From assembly GCF_001194135.2 (NCBI RefSeq), contig NC_068991.1, forward strand, positions 33,444,398-33,483,138: 38,741 nt of DNA, in the 5' to 3' direction. This document shows, piece by piece, positions 9,191 through 20,694 of the stretch (the stretch's first letter is position 1; every line of letters begins with the position of its first letter). The translations under genes and the position numbers were made by a program. The stretch comes from Octopus bimaculoides. Taxonomy: Eukaryota. A model generated the notes under the pieces. The model searched no databases. It had not been told where the DNA came from and saw only the letters and a list, made by a program, of their open reading frames with translations.

Positions 9191-10999
9191 CTAGCAGTAT
9201 AACCCGACCTTGTCCGGGTATGACTTATTACGCCATCTACGATAAGTCTTGCTAGGTGAAAATCAACTAAAAAAGAAAGCCTTACAACGAAAAAACCCTT
9301 ATGATGTAAATATGTTCATAATTCAAAAGACAAAATTAATAGGGAAAGTCTGAAGGCTGTTTTGCGTAACATTATTAAGCGTACGTAAATTTCATCCGTC
9401 TAATTGGCTATAGAAATGCTTGTGCAAAACAACTTTTTGCGCTGCCCTGATTATACATAGCAGGGTAATCCCTTTTCGCAGGAGCTAGGATGGCAATTTC
9501 TGATGAAACAATTGCTGGTGATCTGTTGGTACACAGTTTTGCCAGAATTCTATCAGATTGGGCAGAAGATGTTGATACCCCATTNNNNNNNNNNNNNNNN
9601 NNNNNNNNNNNNNNNNNNNNNNNNNNNNNNNNNNNNNNNNNNNNNNNNNNNNNNNNNNNNNNNNNNNNNNNNNNNNNNNNNNNNNNNNNNNNNNNNNNNN
9701 NNNNNNNNNNNNNNNNNNNNNNNNNNNNNNNNNNNNNNNNNNNNNNNNNNNNNNNNNNNNNNNNNNNNNNNNNNNNNNNNNNNCCCTAAACCCTAACCCT
9801 GAAACCCCAACCCTGACCCTAAAACCGTAACTGTAACACTAATCCTAACCCTGACCGTAACCCTAACCCTAAACCCTAACCCTGACCCTAAAACCGTAAC
9901 CGTAACACTAACCCTAACCGTAACACTAACCCTAGACCCTAAACCCTAACCCTAACACCCTAGTGAAAATCGTGGTATATTTACAAAACATTGACGAACA
10001 TGAGTTATATTTTACTGAATGATTGTGTACTTGCACGTGTATGCGTTTGAGAGAGCGAGAGAGGAAGAGGTAAAGAGAGGGGGAGAAAGGAATAGAGGTA
10101 GTTAAAAGTTTTCTTATGACGGGTTCTCTTCACTGCCTATTATTTCATTAGGAATCTATGGATGCACTTACGCACATAATAGAGAAAAATGAAACAAATA
10201 TGGACGACTTGCTCCGAAACACCACCAAGTGGGGAACACTTCTCAAAAATAACCTGCAGTTGTTTCCTTCAAAATTCCTACATGCTCGAAATGTACATAC
10301 ATCAAGGTATATTTGTAGAAAATTTNNNNNNNNNNNNNNNNNNNNNNNNNNNNNNNNNNNNNNNNNNNNNNNNNNNNNNNNNNNNNNNNNNNNNNNNNNN
10401 NNNNNNNNNNNNNNNNNNNNNNNNNNNNNNNNNNNNNNNNNNNNNNNNNNNNNNNNNNNNNNNNNNNNNNNNNNNNNNNNNNNNNNNNNNNNNNNNNNNN
10501 NNNNNNNNNNNNNNNNNNNNNNNNNNNNNNNNNNNNNNNNNNNNNNNNNNNNNNNNNNNNNNNNNNNNNNNNNNNNNNNNNNAGAAAGGAAGAGGGGGAG
10601 ATAGAGAACGTGAGCAATGTGTATGTTGTTGTCACAGATTACGTATGTGTGGTTGTGTGTGTTTTTACGTATCGATGTTATGAAAAATAGGTAAAGAATA
10701 CTGAAAAGAAAGTTTAATTTATGACGTATGTATCACTTTCTCTCTCTGTTGAGCACGTGTGTAAGAACGATCCAGGTAGAAGGGAAGAAATATAAAAGTT
10801 GCTAGAAACAACAGCCAAATCTCCCTTAAATCACACAAAGTAAACAGAATTTTAAAAATCTAATTACTGCACTGGAAAGTTCACATCGAGAAAATTCCAT
10901 TGATGTAAAAATTTTTACGAAAAAGTGGAAAATATGGATTTCTATAAACTTTTAAAAAGGCTTCACACAGACACACAACTTCAGCTTTATATATTAAGA
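9191..10999 (-). mobile_element. Complete non-autonomous Helitron (~1.8 kb including gaps)
   Basis: 5' A|TC at 10999 (TCTTAATATATAAAGCTGAAG...). 3' hairpin CCCGGAC-AAG-GTCGGG (9218-9203), then CTAG|T at 9194-9191. No TSD. The flanks rejoin into the host repeat. Confidence 0.85.
9784..9962 (+). repeat. Degenerate (CCCTAA)n telomere-like array inside the Helitron
   Basis: CCCTAA, CCCTAAA, CCCTGA, CCGTAA and CACTAA variants. The left edge is in a gap. Confidence 0.9.
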
Positions 11000-11178
11000 T
11001 TATATTTATCAACACAGTAATGGCAATTATATAATACAGTTCATTGAAATAGGTAATTTAGTCATTCTTGAGTGTAATGATAGTAATGGGAAATTAAGTT
11101 ATTGAAGTATTTGTGTTGCATTAAGAGTGAATATTTCTTTATAAACAGTGTATTTTGTTTTATTTCGGGGTGCATAAG
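11000..11178. repeat. Continuation of the host repeat (copy of about 8774-8949)
   Basis: ATTTATCAA(C/T)ACAGTAATG...TATTTCGGGGT(G/A)CATAAG aligns over about 175 bp. Confidence 0.85.
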
Positions 11179-11314
11179 TGTTGTGTCGACGCCCCCAGGC
11201 GAAGAAGTAGGATCTCCCAAGACATATAAATAGAGGTGTGTTGAGTAGCAGTTGTGTGGCGGTTGAGTAGAGATCATCCGAAGGTACTAGATGACAGTAG
11301 CTTGAGACATAACA
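11179..11314 (+). repeat. Gypsy 5' LTR (136 bp, TG...CA)
   Basis: Starts TGTTG exactly where the host repeat breaks, ends ATAACA one base before the PBS, and contains a TATAAA motif. There is no second LTR to confirm it. Confidence 0.7.
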
Positions 11315-14280
11315 GTGGCGACAAGGTTGCTAATAGTAGCAAAACTGGAAGAGTTACTGAAAGCAGTAGGGAAACAACAAGAGCAGCAGCAGCAGCATCA
11401 GCATCAGCAACTACAGAAATTAACAGAATTGTTACTGCAGGCAAGGAATAGTATAGAATCATTTTCAGCAGATGGTGTTGCAAATCCCATCAAAGAATTT
11501 CAGTACAATCCAGATGAAGGAACTACTTTTGCGGCATATTACAGACGATACGAAGATATATTCCGAGAGGAATGCAAGGGATGGTCTAGTGAAAGGAAGG
11601 TAAGACTCCTTTTGCCGAGAAAGCCCGCAGAATTGTGTTTTGAGGAAACAATAAATATTTTGACAAATATTTTTAATGAGAAAAGTTCACAGTTTAACAT
11701 TCGATGGGAATGTTTAAACTTAAAGAAAAACGAGTCTGATGATTTTGTGACATATGCTGGTATGGTTAACAAGGCTTGCAAAAGGTTCAAGTTGGAAGAA
11801 TTAACGCCAATTCGTTAAAGGGCTAATGGTAACGGAAGACGCGAAAATTAGAAAAAAGAATATTATCAAAGTTGAACCAAGATGTGAAACTCACTTTGCA
11901 GAAAGTGGCTGAAGAATGCCAACAAATAATAAACCTTCGAGATGATACAAGGAAAATAGAAGACAAGAATAATGTACAAATGTGTAAAGAAAGTATACAA
12001 AGAAGGAAAAATTTTAATTCAAAACGGTGCTATGGTTGCGGAGAGCGACTTTTGTGGAAAGATTGCCCCTTTAAAGATAAAACCTGTTTTAAGTGTGGTA
12101 AAATTAGGCATATACAGACAAAATGCCAGTCAAAGAAAACGGTAAAACAAAAGAAAGTCTACTCAACAATAGTAAATTATACCAGACAAAACCGCAAATT
12201 TGTGTCGGTAGAAATAAATGGGTTTCAGACCAAAATGTAAGTAGATACCGGTTCAGACATATCGATAATAAATACGGCAACATGGAGTGAAATAGGCAGG
12301 CCGTTGTATAAAAAGACTACTAGGATAGCCCATGGTGTGTCAGGGGAATGAGTTTGATTCTTGGGTGAAACCTCAACAGAAATAAAACTTAAAAACAGGA
12401 CACGGAAATGTAAACTAATGATATCAAAAAATACAATGAATCTGTTTGGGACAGATTTAATGGAAGGATTCGACCTGCGGGATCTATCACTGAATACATT
12501 GTGTAACAAGGTGAATGCGTCACAGCCCATGTCAGAGAAAGCATCGGAAAAAATGAAATTAAAACTGAAAAGGATGTACCTGGATATTTTTTCGAAAGAG
12601 CTCGGTATGCGTGAAAAAATTGAAGTAAAGTTTGAGTTAAAAGAAAATGCGGTGCCGGTGTTTAAACCGAAAAGGAATGTACCGTTTGTGGTGTTGAATC
12701 AAGTTGAGAAGGAATTAAAACGATTGGAAGACCTGGAAGTAATTGAAAAAGTGGATTACTCGGAGTGGGTGGCTCCTATGGTATATATAAAAAAGGTAAG
12801 AGTATGTGCGGACTTCTCAACTGGGCTGAATGACTTTAAAAAAGTATAATTATCCGCTACGAAATCCAGAGGAAGTATTTGCCAAGTGCAATGGTGGGAA
12901 AATTTTTTCCAAGCTGGATTTGCCTGAGGCCCACCTCCAATTACAGGTAGACGAAGAATGTACTAAAGTATTAACAATTAATACTCATAAAGGTCTGTAC
13001 CATTTCAAAAGACTGCCATTTGGGGTGAAGGTTGCACCAGCAATATTTCAGCAAGTAATGGATACTATGCTGGCAGATTGTGAGTTCGCGGTCCCATACC
13101 TGGATGACATATTGATTAAAAGTGAATCAAGGGACCAACATAGTGAACATATAGAAGAGGTTTTCAAACGAATAAGTGATTATGGATTTAAAGTAAGGGA
13201 GGATAAATGTGAATTTTTNNNNNNNNNNNNNNNNNNNNNNNNNNNNNNNNNNNNNNNNNNNNNNNNNNNNNNNNNNNNNNNNNNNNNNNNNNNNNNNNNN
13301 NNNNNNNNNNNNNNNNNNNNNNNNNNNNNNNNNNNNNNNNNNNNNNNNNNNNNNNNNNNNNNNNNNNNNNNNNNNNNNNNNNNNNNNNNNNNNNNNNNNN
13401 NNNNNNNNNNNNNNNNNNNNNNNNNNNNNNNNNNNNNNNNNNNNNNNNNNNNNNNNNNNNNNNNNNNNNNNNNNNNNNNNNNNNNNNNNNNNNNNNNNNN
13501 NNNNNNNNNNNNNNNNNNNNNNNNNNNNNNNNNNNNNNNNNNNNNNNNNNNNNNNNNNNNNNNNNNNNNNNNNNNNNNNNNNNNNNNNNNNNNNNNNNNN
13601 NNNNNNNNNNNNNNNNNNNNNNNNNNNNNNNNNNNNNNNNNNNNNNNNNNNNNNNNNNNNNNNNNNNNNNNNNNNNNNNNNNNNNNNNNNNNNNNNNNNN
13701 NNNNNNNNNNNNNNNNNNNNNNNNNNNNNNNNNNNNNNNNNNNNNNNNNNNNNNNNNNNNNNNNNNNNNNNNNNNNNNNNNNNNNNNNNNNNNNNNNNNN
13801 NNNNNNNNNNNNNTTACATGGGAGGAAGTTTACACTGCAAACGGACCACCAACCATTCTTGTCTATTTTCGGTTCGAAAAAGGGTATCCCCACGCATTCA
13901 ATAAACCGCTTACAGTGCTGGGGAACTACTCTGTTGAACTACGATTTCCAAATGGAGTTTTTGCCATCAATGAAAATGGGACATGCAGATGGGTTGTCAA
14001 GGCTGATTCCAAAATATGAGGAACCTTTTGAAGACATGGTGATTGCATCACTAAAACTAGAAAAGGAACTGAAGAACATTTTGTGCAATGTAGTACGTGA
14101 TTTGCTGGTAACGCTGGAAGAAATTTAATTGAAATCGGAAAATGATAGATTTATAAATAAGATTAAAAATATGTTGTGTAACACAAAAAATATAAATGAG
14201 CGGGATGCAGGTTCAAAGTACTATTCAGTATGTGATGAGGTACTATTATACGCGCAAAGAGTCGTAATACCTGAAATACT
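11315..14280 (+). pseudogene. Gypsy gag-pol (stops and frameshifts)
   Basis: Gag FQYNPDEGTTFAAYYRRYEDIF. Twin zinc knuckles CYGCGE...C and CFKCGKIRHIQTKC. Protease VDTGSD. RT YLDDILI. RNase H TDHQP. QRVVIPE before the break. Confidence 0.9.
11316..11326 (+). promoter_or_regulatory. Gypsy primer-binding site TGGCGACAAGG (possibly tRNA-Ser)
   Basis: TGG start one base after the LTR. It resembles the complement of a tRNA-Ser(GCT) 3' end as I recall it, with one mismatch. Confidence 0.65.
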
Positions 14281-14419
14281 GTGTACTTTAGCTTCATTAC
14301 TATGACAACAATCCAGATACTTATTGATCAGACCACATAAAGTTGTATCTCTCTAAAGATCTTGAGTTTTGGCTGTCATGTTGTTATATGCCTGTCTGGT
14401 TATTCCCTATTAAGAAATA

Positions 14420-14865
14420 ATAGATAGATAGATATGTTTCTTTATTGGCTACACAGAGAGGACAAAATACAAAGTAGAGCTTTTCTTTTAGGGAAAAAAA
14501 AACAGGAATGGATAGAATTTTGATCAAAAGGGATCATGAAAAAAAAGGGGCCAATCAATAAGGATTGTGTATCACAGAAATGTCATAATGTAAAAAGGGA
14601 AACAGATTAGGTTTATCCGTGGAAAGAAAAGCCTACAGAAAAGACCACAGTAACCTTGGGCAATAATGTCATGCAAAAAAAAACACATTACTTTAAATGA
14701 CTCTTTTTTCCTTTCTCTTTTGGTTCATAGGATCATGCTCAAGGTGGTTTCGTCATTCATATGTGCCATCCTTGCTACATTCACCCATCTTTTCTTGAAA
14801 CATTCGCGAGACAAAACTTACCTCTCTACTCTCACCTTCCTTTTCAAATGATACTTGAAAAAGTT
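14420..14865 (-). mobile_element. 3' end of an L1/Tx1-like LINE (ORF2 C-terminus, 3' UTR, AATAAA, (TATC)n tail)
   Basis: The minus frame reads LFKYHLKRKVRVER*VLSRECFKKRWVNVARMA. The UTR is T-rich, with AATAAA at 14446-41 and a TATC repeat tail. The clade is assigned from recalled similarity only. Confidence 0.5.
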
Positions 14866-14869
14866 GATG

Positions 14870-17800
14870 AGAGATTGATTGACTAGAGAGGAAAGTGTTT
14901 GTCTCTAATCCTTTCAGACGCGTCCACCAGACACATTCTTTCGCCATAGCCACGAGCACGATGAAAATAGCTCTTCCTTCTCGTTTGAAGGAAGGAGGCG
15001 CGACAATATTGATGATAGACTCGGCTGATAAACCGACTTGTCCCACATGTCACAGCAGTCATTTGACATCAGCCCACAGGTTAGAAATGGTGTGCATGCG
15101 TATGTGCAATGTCCCAGGCTTTAGGATTGATTCCAGTCAGTTTTTGCTTTGCTTCAGCTGGTCCTTTTATCAGCGGAGGGGACAGCCATGGAATCATCTT
15201 CTGGTGGAAAGTTCACCATATAAAATTTGACGAGGTAGCCTGGTCTCTTTCATTCTTGCTATGTGGCTCGCCCATCTCAGGCAGTGTTTCAGGGACGGTG
15301 GCCTTGATGCTGCAGCTTTTGTTTCCAAAACATATAAAGCGGTCACATAGTCATTCCATTTGACATTCATAATAGAGCAGAGATTCTGTTGGTGAAATTG
15401 CTCTAGTTTTTTGACGTCACTTTAGTAAAGAGTCCATGTTCCTCAACTGTAGAGGAGAGTGGTGATCACGACTGCTTGGTAGACACTTAATTTTGTTTTG
15501 TGGTTCAGATCTTTGTTCTTAAAGATCCTTTTCGCGAGTCCACCAAATGCAGTGTGAGTTGATTTTAATCAGTTCTCCACGTCCTTTTCCGATGTGCACT
15601 TATTTGAAAGCAAACTTCCTAAGTATGAAAAGTGATTGACTTTCTCCAGTGGTGTCTCTGAGATGGTAATGTTGAGGTCTGGAGTTTCTTGACTTAGAAC
15701 AGGTTGTGCCAGGATTTTTGCCTTTTTGATGTTGACTTTTAGGCCAAACCGAGTGTAAGTATTGGTGAAGTTATTCACTGATTGTTGAAACTGTTCAATG
15801 GAGTGGCAGACCACTGTGTTGTCATTAGTATACTGAAGTTCAGTGATCTTTTTGTTTCTTGGTCAGTGTTCATGACTTTAATCTGGCAAGGTTGAAACAT
15901 TCCCACCATCATATCGGTACCTAATGTTGACTGCTGGATTGTCCAAAGGCAGTTCATGAAACATTGCTACAAGGTGCAAGGAGAAGAGTATCAAGGCCAA
16001 AACGCATCCTTGTTTTAATCCTCCAGTGATGGAGAAATCTTCAGACAATTGGTTTTGATGGAAGATGGTTCCAGTCATCATGTCATGTAATCCCTGTACT
16101 AGGGAAATGAACTGATCAGGGCAGCCAAAGTGATGAAGGACCTTCTACATTGCAGGCCTTGGGACAGTATCAGAGGCCTTTCTGAGGTTGTAGAAAACAA
16201 AATAGAGAGGTTTTTCTTGTTCTCTACTCTTTTCTCGTATTTATCGAGCACAAAAGATCATGTCAGTTGTCCCTCTGGATGGTCGTAATCCACATGTAGG
16301 ACTTCCTCTACGATGATTTGGAGATGATCCAGAAAAAGCCTTGCAAAGATTTTCCCTGCAGTAGAGAGCAGTGAGATGCCATGGTAGTTCCCACAGATCT
16401 TTCCATCTCCTTTTTGGAAGATGGTGATAATAACAGCATCTTTGAGGTCTTTGGGAACATGGCACTTCTTCCACATCTGGAGAATCAATGTGAACAGACT
16501 GGTGTTTAATAGTAGTCCACCATGTTTTAGCAGTTCCACTGCGATGTTGTCTTGACCAGGAGACTTCTTCTGCTTCATGCAGTTGAGGGCAATCTGGTAC
16601 TCTTCATAGGATGGTGGCATGTTCATCCAGTGTTGAGTTGGATGCATGGGTACTTTCTTCATGCAATCTTCCACTATGTTGGAGTCTTGGTTCAGAAAAC
16701 TTGAGAAGTGCTCTCTCCAGCGTTGAAGGATATCTTGTGGGTCAGTTAGAATGGTGTTGGAGTCTACTGATTGAAAAGACCCTGTTTATGATCTCATAGG
16801 CCTAAAAAGTTCCTTCATTCCTGCATTGAAACATCTGAGGTCATGGATGTCAGCATACCCTTGGAGTTTGACTTTTTGTTGCCACCAGTTGTTCTGCATC
16901 TCTCAATTTTGTTTGGCATTGTCTTTCAAGGTTTTGATATCTCACCTGCTTGTGCCGCGATCTTGGATCTTGCTCATGAGAGGCAGGCTTGCCAGCCTTG
17001 ATGTCTCCTTTTGCTGTACCCAAGGGTGTTTCCAGCAACTTCATTGATGGTTTTTCAAAGTTTGCTCCATTCCTTATTCATATCCTGGTTGTCAAATGGG
17101 ATGGATTGAAGGTGTTTGAGAATGGAAGATGCACAGAGGGAGCTGATCTCTGGGTTGTTAAGCTTCGATATCTCAAATTTTCTTCTGGCTGGTTTTGTTT
17201 TTACAGTCTTTGGTTTGTTGTTAACCATTATTCAAAGGCGGACGATGACTAGATGATGGTCTGTCCAGCAATCGTCAGCGCTGTTAGCCATTTGCGTGAT
17301 GAGGATGTTTCTTTTGTCTTGTTGCCTGATGATGGAGTAGTGCTGGTGTTTCGATCTGGGGTGCTTCCAGGTGGTCTTGTAGAGATTTGGGAGTCAAAAT
17401 TGGGTGTTGGTGATGAAGAGAGTGTTCAACACACACCCCAAGGAGCAACAGTTCATTTTCATTGCAGTTTCCAACTCCTTCTGTGTTAATAACATTCTCC
17501 CATAATTTGTTGTCTCTCTGCACTCTTGCATTGAAATTCCCGAGGAGAAGCTTGTCATTTGGTGGTACATTGAGGGTCAGGTCACTCAGCTATTGATAGA
17601 AGGTGTTTTTCACTTTGTCATTGGCATCAAGTGTAGGTGCGTAAGCATAAATCGGTGTCATAAAGGTGGTAGCCAAGATCGGTATTCGGAGTGTTGCAAG
17701 CTGTTCATTGATGGCAAAAGGTTTCAGATGATGTTCCTTCACAAGCTTGAATTTTACAGCAAAAGCGACTCTGTGAATTTTTCTCTCTCCTTCTTCTTTC

Positions 17801-18150
17801 CCTTTTCCTAAAGAAGGTATAATCTGAACCTGTCACTTCAGCCTTTCCTTCAAAATCCTTCTGCTGTGGCACTAACTTGAGTGACATGTGAGGTATGTAA
17901 GATGGGTGGCAACAGAATGCCACTAACTCCAATGTCATTAGAGTTGCATCCTTCTAGCCAGTCTGTCTGGCATTGTCTTCTTCCATAAGGATCACTCGTT
18001 GAGTTTGGGGATCTAGCTTCCTCTGCTTGATCCACCATTGGGGTCTTAGTTTGGTGTGGTGAGGGACAAGGACAGTGCTCTTGTGCCCTTGTTTGAACAG
18101 ATTTTGTTTTTATTTCTGATGAGTACCTTCATGCCCTCTTCCAAGATCTA
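14870..18150 (-). mobile_element. Near full-length decayed RTE LINE (APE endonuclease plus RT)
   Basis: APE motifs GSDYTFF, YAYAPTL and LLLGNFNARV. RT motifs KKSPGQD, NYHGISLL, RPSRGTTDMIF and GLKQGCVLA. C-terminal RWASHIARMKETRLPRQILYGEL. Many stops and frameshifts. Confidence 0.92.
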
Positions 18151-18178
18151 GCAATCTCGAACCAAGGGGGGAGCCAGT

Positions 18179-18255
18179 TTAAGTGTAATGTTATGTATAT
18201 TTAGTCACTTTTGTCAGCAACTAAAATGACTAAATATGCATAACATTACACTTAA
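18179..18255. repeat. Near-perfect palindrome/mini-MITE bounded by TTAA
   Basis: Arms 18180-18212 and 18223-18254 with a 10-nt loop, one mismatch and one bulge. Confidence 0.8.
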
Positions 18256-18279
18256 TCATTTTATCTGCACTTATTGAAT

Positions 18280-19564
18280 AGATTCCATCAAATGCCAGGC
18301 TGATAAGCTAGAGGTAGTTGATAGCTTCTGTTATTTAGGCGACCAAGTTAGTAGTGGAGGTGGATGCTCTGAGAGCATAGTTGCAAGAATAAGAATTGAC
18401 TGGGCAAAGTTCAGAGAGCTCCTACCTCTGTTGACAACAAAGGACCTCTTCCTCAGCGTGAAAGGCAGACTGTATGATGCTTACATGCAAACAGCTGTTC
18501 TACATGGCAGTGAAACACGGGCTGTGACCACCGTAGACATGCATAGGTTTGAAAGAAATGAAACTAGCAGAGGCAATGACTAGTGACTGAGACCTTTGGC
18601 AATATGCCATGCTTGAGAAGACCTGTCAAGCCAAGTGAAATCATAGCCATGGCTGATGCTGGTGTCATGTAACTAGCACATAAAAGCACATTTCAAGTGT
18701 TGGGCCTCACAGAGACAATGTGTGGCCAGTGCCTGTGATGTGTAACCTGCACCCATGTGGGTGACACGTAAAAAGGACCTTTTGAGTGTTGGGCCTCACG
18801 GAGGTGATGACAAATGACCAAAATCTTTGGCAATATGCTGTGCTTGAAAAGAAGACCCATCAAGCCAAGTGAAATCATAGTTGTGGCAGACTGAAAGGCA
18901 GATTGTATGATGCCTGTGTACATACAGCTATGCTACATGGCAGTGAAACATGGGCTTGCGATGGCTTGAAAGAAATGAAGCTAGCATGCTCTACTAGATG
19001 AGTAATGTCAGTGTGTACAGTGTGGTTTAAGAGAAAAATTGGGTATAGGAGGCATCAGATGTATGCAAGAGAGAAAACTGTGTTGATTTGGTCATGTGAT
19101 GTATATGGATGAGGACAGCTGTGTAAAGATCTCTAATTGTGGAAGTGGTAGACTCAGGAAGATGTGGGATGAAGTGGTGAGAAAGGATCTTTAGACACTG
19201 GGCCACACTGAGGAAATGACAAGGGACCAGGAGTTGTGGTGGTTTGCTGTACTTGAGAAGTCTTGTCAAGCTAGGTAAAATTATGATCTTCCATATATAC
19301 CAGCAAGTCCTTTGTAAGTGCCAGTGCCAGGTAAATTGCACTCATGCTGGTGCCATGTAAAATGCACTCATGCTAGTGCTGCATTAATACACCTGTGCTG
19401 GTGGCACGTAAAAAGTACCCAGAATGCTCTGTAAAGTGGTTAGTGTTTGGAAGGGCATCTAGCTGTAGAAACCATGCCAAAACAGACAATTGAAGTCTGA
19501 ACAGCTCCCTGACTGGCCAGCTGCTGTCAAACTGTCCAACCTATGTCAGCATGGAAGACGAATA
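18280..19564 (+). mobile_element. Cluster of RTE ORF2-end and 3' UTR fragments
   Basis: Homology to 29440-30500 (GGCAAAGTTCAGAGAGCT, CATGGCAGTGAAAC, CAAGCCAAGTGA and GGAAGGGCATC), with the ORF2-end segment repeated. Confidence 0.8.
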
Positions 19565-19793
19565 TTAACCCCTTAGTGTTAAAACTGGCCATATCCAGCC
19601 CAAATATTCTACCTGTTTTACTTTCAAACCAGCCAGATCTGGTATCTCACACCTGCCCTATAATGTCATTCTAAAAATAAGCAAGCACATCACTGAAATT
19701 TTGAAGCTACAAGATAATGCATGATTATCTGAAAACAATGTGGATAAATAAGTATTACATTTAACAGAATAATCTGAATCCTAAAGAGTCTAA
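19565..19793. mobile_element. TTAA-site (piggyBac-like) MITE
   Basis: TTAA-CCCCTTAGTGTT at the left end and degenerate GAATCCTAAAGAG-TCTAA at the right end. It interrupts an RTE tail whose (GAT)n resumes at about 19794. Confidence 0.55.
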
Positions 19794-20457
19794 TGATGAT
19801 AGCAACGAGGATTTCCTTCAAACTTTGCTTTTGTTGAATTTATTCAAACCTCAAAGAATCCCTCTCAACACATGACTATGATGCTCCCTCAGTACTCCTG
19901 GTCATAATTAGAGGTATACATATTGTCAGCTACAAAGCGACATGCTCAAATGGTTAAGGTGAAGCAACTGAGAAGCAAATCTTTTGCTGTAATGATATTT
20001 CTGCTTCAGCAACTCAATACTGAATCTGTCTGAAATGTAATGGAAAATAGGTCAGTTTCAAAACATTGATGTGCAAGTCAAAAAAGCAAAATTTGAAGAG
20101 AATAGTTGTCATTTCTTTTGATTTTTAACAAAATAACACTTACTGACTAAAGACAAAAAAAAAAAAAAAATTTCACACATTGTAATTATATCTCAGACCA
20201 TTTTATATTCTGCTATCTATGAAAAAACATATTTTTTCCTTTCATGATAGTACCTTAATTTTTAAATTGTTACAGTATAATAATCTATACATAATTATAC
20301 ACTTGAATATTGAACTTACACTTATAAAAATTGAATTTTTAGCAATACAAACATATACTTCCATATCTCAACCCACTGCTCTTTACTTGTAAAATAGATA
20401 TTGTATTTAACTTTTACACACTCTGCAAAAATTCTTATTTTTGTAGAGGATTATATC

Positions 20458-20600
20458 TGATAAACACACTTTAATAACTGTTGAAAGACAAGCTATGCTT
20501 TGTTTTTTCCCTTTCTTCATTCACTCACTCAATATATGTCCTTCCTCCACACAAGAGAGTTCTACAAAGGAAGGTAATTATATGAGTTATCTTCCTTACA
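20458..20600 (-). repeat. Copia 3' LTR (143 bp, TG...CA on the minus strand)
   Basis: Direct repeat of 23793-23939. The minus strand reads TGTAAGG...TTATCA. Confidence 0.85.
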
Positions 20601-20694
20601 TTGTATTAATATTAACTATAATTTCTTCTTTTTGTGGCTGAAAATAATCTTAACAGTTCATAAATGATAAGTGTCATGGGGATTATTATGTGCT

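Larger units (their letters stand above)
11179..14280 (+). mobile_element. Ty3/Gypsy LTR retrotransposon (Mag-like by inference), 3'-truncated
   Basis: 5' LTR, PBS, gag, protease, RT, RNase H and the start of the integrase region occur in Gypsy order. No 3' LTR is visible. Confidence 0.9.

Noticed and set aside
9784-9962. True chromosome end or telomere fusion
   Set aside because: The array is degenerate, short and internal to a Helitron with ordinary sequence on both sides.
9490-10683. ORFs inside the Helitron (MAISDETIAG..., MDALTHIIEK...) as captured gene fragments
   Set aside because: They are short, run into N gaps and contain no motif I recognise. They cannot be supported without a search.
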